From assembly GCA_009841015.1 (NCBI GenBank), contig VXMQ01000105.1, positions 1 to 60,439 of the forward strand: DNA of 60,439 nt, in the 5' to 3' direction. The position numbers were made by a program, and so were the translations under genes. Below, piece by piece: positions 11,007 to 20,405 of this stretch (position 1 is its first letter; the number at the start of each line of letters is the position of its first letter). This DNA is from Candidatus Palauibacter denitrificans. Lineage in GTDB: Bacteria; Gemmatimonadota; Gemmatimonadetes; Palauibacterales; Palauibacteraceae. Under the pieces are notes generated by a model. It made no database searches. It was not told where the DNA came from and saw only the letters and a program-made list of their open reading frames with translations.

Positions 11007-11837
11007 TCAGATCGGGAGGGAGAGTTGTTCGGCGTCGGCGCGAGCCCTCGCGAGCGCGGCCACGTCGTAGCGGGGGCTGGGCTCCTCCTGGGCGGCGACG
11101 TCCAGTAGTCCATCGTAGCCCGCCGGCGCCAGGCCTTCCGCGACTCTGTCCAGGGCGAGTTCCCGGTCGTTGCACTCCTGGCTCAGGTGGGCCAGCAGGA
11201 TACCGCCCAGTCCGGGGTGCGCGAGTTCGTGCGCGAACTCGGCCGCGTGGCGGTTGGAGAGGTGGCCGCGGCTGCCCCCGATCCGCTGCTTGACCCGCCA
11301 GGGATAGGAAGCGGCGCGGAGACGGTGTTCGTCGTGGTTCGCCTCCATGACGAGGAATGCGCACTCGCGGAGCGCCACGCGGACGGGCGTCGTCGGTCTC
11401 CCGAGATCCGTCGCGATCCCCACCCGCAGGCCCGTCGACCGGTGGAGGACCGTGACGGCGACGGGTTTCGCGGCGTCGTGCGCAGTGGGGGCGGCCTCGA
11501 TCGCGAGGTCGCCGATCTCGAGTCCCGTGAGCGGCAGGTCTCCGCATCGCTCCTGTCCGCGCAGGAGGGGGGCGCAGGCGCGGCGTGTCGGGGGGTTCAT
11601 CGCCAACGACCAGCCCCAGCGGCGCGCTCCGATGCCGATGCCCGCGGCGTGATCCCGGTGCTCGTGCGTGAGCACGACGAGGTCGATGGCTTCGGGCTCG
11701 ACATCGAGTTCGGCGAGTCGGCGGGCGAGCTGAACTCCCGAGAACCCGGCGTCGACGAGCACGCGGGCGCGGTCGCCCTCCACGAGGAACGCGTTGCCGC
11801 GGCTCCCGGAGCCCAGCGACGCGACGGACAGGCTCAC
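11007..11837 (-). CDS. MBL-fold metallo-hydrolase (YycJ/WalJ-like)
   Basis: C-terminal 276 codons of ORF 11007..12959(-), from VSLSVASLGSGSRGNAFLV. Motif LTHEHRDHAAG. The GTG start overlaps the stop of the upstream gene (GTGA). Confidence 0.75.
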   Translation of the reverse strand: MSLSVASLGSGSRGNAFLVEGDRARVLVDAGFSGVQLARRLAELDVEPEAIDLVVLTHEHRDHAAGIGIGARRWGWSLAMNPPTRRACAPLLRGQERCGDLPLTGLEIGDLAIEAAPTAHDAAKPVAVTVLHRSTGLRVGIATDLGRPTTPVRVALRECAFLVMEANHDEHRLRAASYPWRVKQRIGGSRGHLSNRHAAEFAHELAHPGLGGILLAHLSQECNDRELALDRVAEGLAPAGYDGLLDVAAQEEPSPRYDVAALARARADAEQLSLPI

Positions 11838-13012
11838 GGCCGGCGGGCCTCGTCCCACATGTCGCCGAGCCAGTCGCGGAACTCCGGGGTTCCCTCGAGG
11901 CCCCGGCGCTCGACGACCCGGGCGGCGGTGGAGAGGAAATCGCCGCGACGGTGCGGTTCCGGGTCCCGGCCGTCTCCCCACGAGAAGGGCTCCACCCACC
12001 GTGGCGGCGGCTCGGCGCCGAACAGGCTGGAGCCGGCGCCGACGACCGTACCGGTCTCGAGCCGGGTGCCGAGGCCGGTCTTCACGTGATCGCCGATCAG
12101 GCAGCCGAACTTCACGAGTCCGGTGTCCCGCCGCCGGCCGGGCGGCCCGACCCGAATCGAGCCATAGGTGTGTTTGAGATCGCTGTTTACCGTGGCCGCG
12201 CCGAGGTTGACCCAGCGGCCGAGGTACGCATGTCCGAGAAACCCGTGGTGCGCCTTGTTCGAATAGCCCAGCATCGTGACGCGGTCGATCTCGCCCCGCA
12301 CGCGGCAGCGGGGTCCCCCCGAAAAGCTTGAGATGTGGCCACCGAGCAGCCGCGAGCCGGCTCCCGCGTAGAGCGGCCCGCCGAGGCGGGTGCCGGCGCG
12401 GACCTCGACGCCGGGACCGAGTTCGATGGGGCCCTCGCGCGCATCGAAGAGCACGCCGGGTTCGACCTGCGCCCCTTCTCCGAAGCGGATCGGAGCGTTG
12501 CCGAGGCGCCAACAGCCGTCCGGCAGCTCCGGCGCCGGGCCCGGCGCCGCCGCCAGGTCCGCGGCCCGCCGGTCGGGTCCGGCGGACACGAGGTCCCAAG
12601 GCTGTCCGAGCCAGACGCCGGGCACGTCGCGGTCGGGCAGTCCGGGCCGGGGGCGAGGCGCGGCGAACCACTTCGCCCGCGGCGGCCCGGCGTCGGCGCC
12701 CAGGCGGACGCCCGCCAGCCGGCCGGCGACCCAGAGGTTGGCGGGCGCGTCGTCCCACGCCGCGTCGAGCGACGGCACGGCCCGGGCGTTCCACGCGGTG
12801 CAGGGCGCGGACAGCCCGTCCGCATCCAGGCAGCGCGGCGCCCCAGGCTCCGCGTACCGGCGCAGCCAGGGGCGCGTCACGTGACCGGCCACGCGCGTTC
12901 GGGCGACGCGTTCCAGCCGCTCGCGCAGCGTCCACCGGCCGAACACGAGTTCGCCGCACGGGCGGGTGAGCGCGAACGGGGCCCAGCCGTCCGCCCGCTC
13001 GTCGTCGAACAT
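11834..13012 (-). CDS. GlmU-like left-handed beta-helix sugar nucleotidyl/acyl-transferase ('alternative GlmU' type family)
   Basis: C-terminal 392 codons of ORF 11834..13654(-), from MFDDERADGWAPFALTRPCGELVFGRWTLRERL. The C-terminal half has hexapeptide-repeat character (GxxVxxGxxL.. runs). Family assignment is from memory and not verified. Confidence 0.6.
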   Translation of the reverse strand: MFDDERADGWAPFALTRPCGELVFGRWTLRERLERVARTRVAGHVTRPWLRRYAEPGAPRCLDADGLSAPCTAWNARAVPSLDAAWDDAPANLWVAGRLAGVRLGADAGPPRAKWFAAPRPRPGLPDRDVPGVWLGQPWDLVSAGPDRRAADLAAAPGPAPELPDGCWRLGNAPIRFGEGAQVEPGVLFDAREGPIELGPGVEVRAGTRLGGPLYAGAGSRLLGGHISSFSGGPRCRVRGEIDRVTMLGYSNKAHHGFLGHAYLGRWVNLGAATVNSDLKHTYGSIRVGPPGRRRDTGLVKFGCLIGDHVKTGLGTRLETGTVVGAGSSLFGAEPPPRWVEPFSWGDGRDPEPHRRGDFLSTAARVVERRGLEGTPEFRDWLGDMWDEARRP

Positions 13013-13023
13013 GACCAGCGTCG

Positions 13024-14070
13024 TCAACGGGGCGCTTCGGAGGAGGAGGAATCTGTGTCGATCTGTTCCAGGCGAGCGTCGAGTTTTGCGGCCTCTTCGC
13101 GCGGCATCACGAGGAGTTCGCCGTTCGCCTCCACGATGACGAGACCCGACACGCCGATGACCGTGGCCCGGCGGGATTCCGTCCATACGACGTTGTCCGC
13201 CGCGTCGACCAGACGGGTGGAGCCGACGGAAGCGTTTCCCGCCTTGTCCACCTCCCGGGAGCGCAGGAGCGCGCTCCACAGGCCGAGGTCGTCCCAGGCG
13301 AACCGGGCCTCGACCGCGGCCACGCGCCCGGCGCGCTCCATCACGCAGACGTCGATCGCGACCGGCTCGGCACGCGCGAAGAACCCCTCCGTATCGCCGC
13401 GTTCCAGCGCGGGCCAGGCCCCCGCCAATTCGTGCGCGCGGCGTCGGGCGGCCTCGAGCAGATCGGCGGCCCGCCACACGAAGATGCCCGAGTTCCACAG
13501 GAAGCGTCCCGACTCCACGTACTCCCGGGCCGTGGCGAGATCCGGCTTCTCCACGAAGCGCCGCACCTCCCGTGCGCCGGACGCGGTCTCTCCCCCGGTC
13601 TCCAGGTACCCGAAACCGGTCTCGGGGCGGTCCGGCCGCACGCCGACGCAGCACAGGTACCCTTCCCGGGCCGCCTGGAGGGCCGGCTGCAGCGTCTCGG
13701 CGAGCGCCCCCGGGGGCTCGATGCGGTGGTCCGCGTGCATGGAGATCATCAGGGCGCCCGGCTGAACCCGCTCGATTTCGGCGGCGGCCCAGACGAGGGC
13801 CGGCCCCGTTCCGCGCGCCTTCGGCTCGACGAGCGCATCGACGCCTGCCGCATCGAGGCTCGGGCGCATGAGCTTCACCAGTCGTTCGGCCGCGACGACC
13901 CGGACGCGCGGGGCGCCCACGAGCGAGACGGCACGGGCGAGCGTATCGTCGATGAGCGGGTCGGGGCCGGCGAGGGGCAGGAGCTGCTTCGGGCGGGCCG
14001 GGGTCGACGCGGGCCAGAACCGGCGGCCGATTCCGCCCGCGAGGACCGCGCAGTACGCCTCGAGGTGCAC
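13024..14070 (-). CDS. mannose-1-phosphate guanylyltransferase-like NTP-transferase
   Basis: C-terminal 348 codons of ORF 13024..14394(-). GTG 14070 is preceded by GGGAGGGAGG. N-terminal nucleotide-binding loop AVLAGGIGRRFWPAS..PKQLLPL. Confidence 0.8.
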   Translation of the reverse strand: MHLEAYCAVLAGGIGRRFWPASTPARPKQLLPLAGPDPLIDDTLARAVSLVGAPRVRVVAAERLVKLMRPSLDAAGVDALVEPKARGTGPALVWAAAEIERVQPGALMISMHADHRIEPPGALAETLQPALQAAREGYLCCVGVRPDRPETGFGYLETGGETASGAREVRRFVEKPDLATAREYVESGRFLWNSGIFVWRAADLLEAARRRAHELAGAWPALERGDTEGFFARAEPVAIDVCVMERAGRVAAVEARFAWDDLGLWSALLRSREVDKAGNASVGSTRLVDAADNVVWTESRRATVIGVSGLVIVEANGELLVMPREEAAKLDARLEQIDTDSSSSEAPR

Positions 14071-14263
14071 CGACAGAGCCTCCCTCCCGTCCTCCGAACC
14101 GCCCTTCGCCTGCGCCGGGATATTCCCGCCACGGGTCGGCCGCGACGCGGCCAAGCTACGGACGCCGCGGGCGCCGCGCCACGTTGCCAACGGGCCGGCC
14201 GATCCCGCTTCGCGGGGGTGTTTTTTCTTGCCCGAGCCCCCCCCGGGCGACAGTTTTCGCGCC

Positions 14264-14836
14264 ATGTTCCCCCGATACCGAACCCGCCGGTCCGTCCGGC
14301 TCGGCGCGCTGATCCTCGTGGTCGCGGCGACGGCCTGCGACGATCCGTTCGATGCCTTCCTCGGCGACGTTCCGCTCACGCCGACGGAGGTCACGCTGTA
14401 TGACTACGTGACGGGTCGCCTCGAAGATCCTCCGGCGTTCGACATCGTACTCGCGGTTCCGGCTCGCGTGGACCAGACGCTGAACTGGGATTTCCTCTTT
14501 CAGATCCGGAACGGGGTGGCGGAGCTCGTCCCCTTTTCCGCGGTGGCGGACAGCGTCACGGACGCGGGTCTCCAGATGACCAACGAGCGCTTCGATGCCG
14601 TGCTCGAGGCCCCGGAGGAAGGGTACACTCTGAACGCGCCCCTCGCGGTGCAGCCGGGGGACGTGCTCATCGCGCGCAGTCGTGTCGACCCGAACAACTT
14701 TCTCGCCTGCAGCCGCTACGCGAAGCTGCAGGTGCTCTCCATCGATCCCGAGGCGGGCACGATCATCTTCCGCCACCTGGTGAACCCGAATTGCGGAGAC
14801 ATCGTCCTCGAACCGGGGACGCACGGCTCGTTGTGA
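14264..14836 (+). CDS. hypothetical lipoprotein
   Basis: C-terminal 190 codons of ORF 13868..14836, from MFPRYRTRRSVRLGALILVVAATAC (signal peptide + lipobox Cys). The mature part has ordinary composition. No family recognised. Confidence 0.6.
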   Translation: MFPRYRTRRSVRLGALILVVAATACDDPFDAFLGDVPLTPTEVTLYDYVTGRLEDPPAFDIVLAVPARVDQTLNWDFLFQIRNGVAELVPFSAVADSVTDAGLQMTNERFDAVLEAPEEGYTLNAPLAVQPGDVLIARSRVDPNNFLACSRYAKLQVLSIDPEAGTIIFRHLVNPNCGDIVLEPGTHGSL

Positions 14837-14869
14837 CGCCCTCTCCGGCCGATCCCGCCCCGCATCGAC

Positions 14870-16192
14870 ATGCTTGACCTCAGAACCCTCCGCGACGACC
14901 CGGAACTCGTCCGCGACGCCATGCGGCGGCGCGGCGACGAACAAGCCGCGGGACTCGTGGAGGAGACGCTGCGGGCGGACGAGGGCCGCCGCCGCCTGAT
15001 CCGGGAGGTGGAAGTCCTCAAGGCCGAGCGGAACACTGCATCGAAGGCGATCGGCGCCGCGAAGGGAAGGGGAGAGGACGCATCGGCGGAAATCGAGGCC
15101 ATGCGCCGCGTGGCCGCGCGGATCAGGGCCCTCGACGCGGACCTCGCGCGCACCGAGGCGGAGCTGCGCGAGCGCCTCCTGCAGATTCCGAACATCCCCG
15201 ACCCCCGCGTCCCGCCCGGCCAGGAAGGGGAAGGGCCGACGGTCGCGGAGTGGGGCGCCCCGCGGAAGGGCGAGGTGCCGCCGCACTGGGTGCTCGGGGC
15301 GACGCACGGCCATACGGACCCCGGCGGCGCCGCGCTGCCGGGGGGCAGGACGCCGTCCCTGGATATCGAGCGCGGGGCGAAGATCGCGGGTTCCGGCTTT
15401 CCGCTCCTCGTCGGGGGCGGGGCCCGCCTCAGCCGCGCGCTCGTTCAGTTCATGCTCGATCTTCACGTCCGCGAGCACGGATACCTTGAGGTCCTGCCCC
15501 CCCTCGTCGTCTCGCGGGATTCGATGCTGGGGACCGGTCACATCCCCAAGTTCGAGGACGATGCCTACCGGACGGACCCCGACGACCTCTTCCTCGTGCC
15601 CACGGCCGAAGTGCCCCTCACGAATCTGCACCGGGGGGAGATCCTGTCCGCGGACGATCTGCCACTGGCGTACGTCGCGCACACGCCCTGCTTCCGGCGC
15701 GAGGCCGGCGCCGCGGGCCGCGATACGCGAGGGCTCCTGCGGGTTCATCAGTTCGACAAGGTGGAGATCGTCCGCATCTGCCGGCCCGAGGAGTCGGAGG
15801 CGCAACTGGAGATTCTGACCCGCCACGCGGAGCGGGTGCTCGAGCTTCTGGAGGTCCCCTACCGTCGGGTCCTGCTCCCGCTGGGAGATCTCGGATTCGC
15901 AAACGCGATTACGTACGACCTGGAGATCTGGGCTCCCGGCGTCGAGGCATGGCTCGAGGTGTCCAGCTGTTCATCGTACGGGGATTTCCAGGCGCGGCGC
16001 TCCGACATCCGCTTCCGGCCCGAGGGCGGGGGACGCCCCCTGCACGTGCACACGCTCAACGGTTCGGCGCTGGCCCTGGCCCGGCTCATCGTGGTGCTGC
16101 TCGAGACGGGCTTCCGCGAGGGTGAGGGGATTCTGCTACCGGAGATTCTCCACCCCTATCTCGGGTTCGAGCGGCTCGAGTCCTGCCGGTGA
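14870..16192 (+). CDS. serS: serine--tRNA ligase
   Basis: ORF 14870..16192. N-terminal coiled coil, class II motif 2 FRREAGAAGRDTRGLLRVHQFDKVE, motif 3 LNGSALALARLIVVLLE. Confidence 0.95.
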   Translation: MLDLRTLRDDPELVRDAMRRRGDEQAAGLVEETLRADEGRRRLIREVEVLKAERNTASKAIGAAKGRGEDASAEIEAMRRVAARIRALDADLARTEAELRERLLQIPNIPDPRVPPGQEGEGPTVAEWGAPRKGEVPPHWVLGATHGHTDPGGAALPGGRTPSLDIERGAKIAGSGFPLLVGGGARLSRALVQFMLDLHVREHGYLEVLPPLVVSRDSMLGTGHIPKFEDDAYRTDPDDLFLVPTAEVPLTNLHRGEILSADDLPLAYVAHTPCFRREAGAAGRDTRGLLRVHQFDKVEIVRICRPEESEAQLEILTRHAERVLELLEVPYRRVLLPLGDLGFANAITYDLEIWAPGVEAWLEVSSCSSYGDFQARRSDIRFRPEGGGRPLHVHTLNGSALALARLIVVLLETGFREGEGILLPEILHPYLGFERLESCR

Positions 16193-17418
16193 TCCGGCTC
16201 TGGAACCGGCGCGGCGGCGCCCTTCTGCTCGCGTTGCTGTCCACGGGCGTCCTCGTGTGGTCCGCCATCTTCTCGCGTCAGCAGGCGGAGGAACGCCGCC
16301 TCGACGCCGCGGTCCTCGGGCAGTTGACGGCCATCAGCATCGCGGCCGCCTCCGGCAATCTCACGATCGAGGAACAGAACGAACTCTGGAACCAGGCCTC
16401 GCAGCAGGTGGGGGCCGAGGTCAGGCGCCTCCGCATCCCGATCGTGCTCACCGATACGCTGGGCAACCCCAGCAGCTCCGCGCACCTGCCGGACGACTTC
16501 CCGCTCGGCCCGGACGGCAGTTCGGACGACCAGGCGCTGCGCGAATTCGTGGTCGAACTCGACGAGCTGCGGCCGCCCTTCGAGGCGCCCGGCCTGCAGG
16601 TCCACTTCGGCGATCCCGAGTTCACGAGCCGGCTCCGGCTGTACCCTTGGCTTCTGGCCGCGTTGCTCCTCGTCATCCTCGGCAGTGGCGGCTGGCTCCT
16701 CTTCCTCTCCTTCCGGAGCGAGCGCGAGCGGATCTGGTCCGCCATGGCCCGGGAATCGGCGCACCAGATGGGCACCCCGCTCAGTTCGCTCGTCGGCTGG
16801 CTGGAGGTGCTCGAGGACCGGCCGCGCCCCCGCGAATCGGAGGTGGGGAAGCCGGACCTCATCGACGAGATGGCGGCGGACGTGACGCGCCTGCAGAAGG
16901 TGTCGCGCCGCTTCGAACTCATCGGCCACAAGCCGAAGCTCGAGCCCATGTCCGTGCGCGCGACGGCCGTCCAGCTTCGGCAGTACTTCGAGGCGCGCCT
17001 CCCCACGCTCTCCCGCACCGGCAAGATCGAGATCGCGGTGGAGATGGAGCCCGAGTCGCCGCAAGTGCTGGGCAACCCGACGCTCCTCGAGTGGGCGTTC
17101 GAGAATCTGATCAGGAACGCGATCGACGCGCTGGCCCCGGATGGGGGCCGGATCGTGATCTCCCACCTCGGTCCGAGCGGTCGGCGTTCCGTGTTTCGGG
17201 TACTCGACACCGGACCGGGGATCCCTCCCGCGCTCCGGGACAAGATCTTCAACATCGGCGTCACGACCAAGAAGCATGGCTGGGGCGTCGGCCTGTCCCT
17301 GGTGCGGCGCATCATCGAAGACATGCACGATGGCTCCATCCGTCTCGAGGACTCGGGGCGGGGCGCGAGCTTCCGGATCGAACTCCCGCGTCACCGTCCC
17401 GGGAAACGGGGGACGTGA
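16189..17418 (+). CDS. membrane sensor histidine kinase (two TM helices flanking a ~130-aa extracytoplasmic domain)
   Basis: ORF 16189..17418. H-box ESAHQMGTPLSSLVGWLEVL, N-box NLIRNAIDA, G1 DTGPGIP, G2 GWGVGLS. GTGA overlaps with both the serS stop and the uvrD start. Confidence 0.85.
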   Translation: MIRLWNRRGGALLLALLSTGVLVWSAIFSRQQAEERRLDAAVLGQLTAISIAAASGNLTIEEQNELWNQASQQVGAEVRRLRIPIVLTDTLGNPSSSAHLPDDFPLGPDGSSDDQALREFVVELDELRPPFEAPGLQVHFGDPEFTSRLRLYPWLLAALLLVILGSGGWLLFLSFRSERERIWSAMARESAHQMGTPLSSLVGWLEVLEDRPRPRESEVGKPDLIDEMAADVTRLQKVSRRFELIGHKPKLEPMSVRATAVQLRQYFEARLPTLSRTGKIEIAVEMEPESPQVLGNPTLLEWAFENLIRNAIDALAPDGGRIVISHLGPSGRRSVFRVLDTGPGIPPALRDKIFNIGVTTKKHGWGVGLSLVRRIIEDMHDGSIRLEDSGRGASFRIELPRHRPGKRGT

Positions 17419-19727
17419 GGGGACTCCGCCTCAACCCGGAGCAGCGGGACGCGGTCGAACACGGCGAAGGGCCGCTGCTGGTTCTGGCCGGCGCGGGCTC
17501 CGGCAAGACGCGGGTGCTCACGGCGCGGGCCGCCCGGCTCATCGAGCAGGGGCTGGAGCCCACGCGCCTCCTCGCGGTCACCTTCACGAACAAGGCCGCC
17601 GGCGAGATGCGGGAACGGATCGAGGGCCTCATCGGCCGTTCCACGCGGGGGCTGTGGATCGGCACGTTCCACTCGGTCGCCGCGCGCGTCCTTCGCATCG
17701 AGGCCCCGAACACGTCCCGCACGCGTGCCTTTACGATCTATGACGAGGATGACTCCATCCGGACGCTCAGGGATGTGATGGAGTCGGTGGGCTACGACCC
17801 CAGGCGCTGGGCGCCCCGAGCGCTGCGCGGCCGGATCTCCGGAGCGAAGAATGCGCTCATGGGCCCCGCGGAGTACGAGTCGGAGGCCTTCGACCTGCTC
17901 TCGGAGGTCGTGGCGAAGGTCTATCCGGCGTACCAGCGGGAACTCGAGCGCCGCAACGCCTACGATTTCGACGACCTCCTCTTCGAGACGGTGCGCCTGC
18001 TGGAGACGGTGGACGGCGTGCGGGATCGCTACGGCGCCCGTTTCGCCCACGTGCTCGTGGACGAATACCAGGACACGAACCACGCCCAGTACCGGATGGT
18101 AAAGGCGCTGGCCTCGAAACACGGGAACCTGTGCGTCGTGGGGGACGACGATCAGGCGGTGTACGGATGGCGCGGCGCGGACATTCGGAACATCCTCGAC
18201 TTCGAGGCCGACTTCCACGGCGCGCACGTCGTGCGGCTGGAGCGAAACTACCGCTCGACGGGGTCGATTCTCGAGGTTGCGAACGCGGTCATCTCCCGAA
18301 ACCTGGCGAGAAAACCGAAGCGGCTGCACACGGAGCGGGAAACCGGCGATCCGATCGAGGTCGTCCGCTGCGATGACGAGCGGGCCGAGGCGGCGTGGGT
18401 GTCGTCACGGATCGCGGCGGACCGGAGCGCACGCGGCCTGAACGAGTTTGCGGTGCTTTACCGGACGAACGCCCAGTCGCGCGCCTTCGAGGAGGCGTTC
18501 CGACGGTCCGGCATCCCGTACCGGATCGTGGGAGGGGTCCCCTTCTACGAGCGTCGCGAGGTGAAGGATGTCATCGCCTACCTGCGTCTTCTCGTCAACC
18601 CGGCGGACGACGCCGCCTTCCTGCGCGCCGTGGGGTGGCCGAGGCGCGGGGTCGGAGCGAAGAGCCTCGAACGGCTGGGGGACCTCGCGCGCGCGGGCGC
18701 CGGGGCAGGCGAAGCCCTGGAGCCCCTGGCGGCGGTCGCGGCGCGGGCGCGGCACGAAGACGGCATCCCGAGGGCGGCGGCGCGCGGCCTGAGGCGGTTC
18801 GCGGAGGGGCTCGCCGACGTGCGGGCTTCGCTCTCCGGCTGCGGCGCCCGGGAAGCGCTCGAGGCATGCGTCGCGGCCTTCGGCCTGGCCACGGCGCTGG
18901 CGGAGGAGGAGGACGGCGCGGACCGCCTCGAGAACGTGAGCGAACTGTTCGCGGCGGCGGAGGTGTTCGAGCGTGACGATGTGGAGGACCCCGACGACGA
19001 ATCCACGGATCTCGAGTTGTTCCTGCAGTCCGTTTCGCTGCGTTCCGATCTCGATGAGGCGGACTTCGACGGCGAAGCGGTCACGATGATCACCCTGCAC
19101 AACGCGAAGGGGCTTGAGTTCCCGGTGGTCTTCCTGGGGGGGCTGGAGGAAGGTCTCTTTCCCCTCTCGAGGGCGATGGAAGCGCCGGGCGGGCTGGAGG
19201 AGGAACGGCGCCTCTTCTACGTGGGGGTCACGCGCGCGATGGACCGCCTGAGCCTGACGTATGCGGACCACCGCTGGCGGGCCGGGATGGCGAGCCGCTC
19301 GGCCCCGTCGAGCTTCATCGATGAACTCCCGGAGGAACATGTGCTTCCGCAGCTTGCGGCGCCGCGCCGGGGGCGGTGGCGTGCGCGGGACGCTCGCGGG
19401 ACCGCCCGCCGCCCGCCGGGCGGAGGCGAGCCGGGCAGCCGCTCGTTCTCCTGGCAGAGAGGTCCGGACCGCGTACCGGGCCGCGCCGCAGGCTCCGGTG
19501 CGGATGGAAGGTCGGGACCTCCGGGCGAACTCGAATATGACTACGAAGACTCACAGGTGCCGCTCTCGCTCGCCCCGGGTGTGCGCGTGGTGCATCCGCG
19601 CTTCGGGGCCGGCGAGGTGCTGCAGGTGTACGGCTTCGGGAAGGAGGCCAGGGTCGAAATCGCGTTCGAGAAGGTCGGCCGGAAGAAAGTCGTCGTCGCG
19701 TACGCGGGATTGCGCCCCGATTGCTAG
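17415..19727 (+). CDS. uvrD: ATP-dependent DNA helicase, UvrD/PcrA family
   Basis: C-terminal 770 codons of ORF 16122..19727, from VRGLRLNPEQRDAV. Motifs: AGAGSGKTRVLT, VDEYQDTN, VGDDDQAVYGWRGA, TLHNAKGLEFPVVF, RRLFYVGVTRA. C-terminal Tudor-like VHPRFGAGEV. Confidence 0.95.
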   Translation: MRGLRLNPEQRDAVEHGEGPLLVLAGAGSGKTRVLTARAARLIEQGLEPTRLLAVTFTNKAAGEMRERIEGLIGRSTRGLWIGTFHSVAARVLRIEAPNTSRTRAFTIYDEDDSIRTLRDVMESVGYDPRRWAPRALRGRISGAKNALMGPAEYESEAFDLLSEVVAKVYPAYQRELERRNAYDFDDLLFETVRLLETVDGVRDRYGARFAHVLVDEYQDTNHAQYRMVKALASKHGNLCVVGDDDQAVYGWRGADIRNILDFEADFHGAHVVRLERNYRSTGSILEVANAVISRNLARKPKRLHTERETGDPIEVVRCDDERAEAAWVSSRIAADRSARGLNEFAVLYRTNAQSRAFEEAFRRSGIPYRIVGGVPFYERREVKDVIAYLRLLVNPADDAAFLRAVGWPRRGVGAKSLERLGDLARAGAGAGEALEPLAAVAARARHEDGIPRAAARGLRRFAEGLADVRASLSGCGAREALEACVAAFGLATALAEEEDGADRLENVSELFAAAEVFERDDVEDPDDESTDLELFLQSVSLRSDLDEADFDGEAVTMITLHNAKGLEFPVVFLGGLEEGLFPLSRAMEAPGGLEEERRLFYVGVTRAMDRLSLTYADHRWRAGMASRSAPSSFIDELPEEHVLPQLAAPRRGRWRARDARGTARRPPGGGEPGSRSFSWQRGPDRVPGRAAGSGADGRSGPPGELEYDYEDSQVPLSLAPGVRVVHPRFGAGEVLQVYGFGKEARVEIAFEKVGRKKVVVAYAGLRPDC

Positions 19728-19751
19728 CCGCTGCCGGGCCCGTCCGCCGGG

Positions 19752-20219
19752 TCAGTCTCCGCCGCGCTGTCCCAGCGCCCGGGCGACGCGCTTCGCGGTC
19801 GAGACGTTGTTCTTGCCGCGCCGGAGTCCGCGCAGCAGGGACGCCGTCGTGAGGAACGTCTCCTCAGCCTCCTCCTGAACGACGGCCAGCAGGGCCGCGA
19901 CCTCCACCACCCGCTCCTCGATCAGGTCCACCATGCGGCCGGTGGATTCGCTCGCGCTCTTCAGCGCCTGTCCCACGCCGTCCGCGTCGTTGCGGAGTCT
20001 GCCCGCGATGTGCAGGGCCTGGTCGCTCGCCTGTTCGACGTTGTGCAGCACCGGCTTGAGGCGGTCGCCGAGGTCGGTGACCGTGCCCGAGATCCGTCCC
20101 AGCGGCTCGCGGGTCTCGCGCAGCAGGCGGATCGCCTGCAGGAGGACGATGAGAATCGCCAGCGCGACGACGAGCCAAACCGCCATCCCGGCCACGACCG
20201 CGATCTCGTATGTGCTCAC
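19752..20219 (-). CDS. DUF948-like membrane-anchored coiled-coil protein
   Basis: ORF 19752..20219(-). N-terminal TM helix (IAVVAGMAVWLVVALAILIVLL) followed by a helical region. Family assignment is from memory. Confidence 0.6.
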   Translation of the reverse strand: MSTYEIAVVAGMAVWLVVALAILIVLLQAIRLLRETREPLGRISGTVTDLGDRLKPVLHNVEQASDQALHIAGRLRNDADGVGQALKSASESTGRMVDLIEERVVEVAALLAVVQEEAEETFLTTASLLRGLRRGKNNVSTAKRVARALGQRGGD

Positions 20220-20405
20220 TGCGGCTCCCCGGGAAGAGAGTCGGCCTGACTAGCAGTCCGCGGCAAAACCTCGCTGCGTTCGATCGGCGCTGCATCTCGC
20301 CTGAACCGCTGCGCTCTGCGGGAGTATAGGCCGCCCTCCGTCCGCCGGCTACTTTGGCGCCCGGCCCCGGCAAGGCCGGATGCGGGTAAGCGGGGAGGAG
20401 GCGCG

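Noticed and set aside
14204-14229. Hairpin CCCGC-ttc-GCGGG followed by GGTGTTTTTTCTT in the manC/lipoprotein divergent spacer, considered as a plus-strand terminator or attenuator.
   Set aside because: The stem is only 5 bp with a 3-nt loop. No plus-strand gene ends upstream. The T-rich tract may instead be part of the lipoprotein promoter (TTGCCC..17 nt..CAGTTT). The evidence is too weak for either call.
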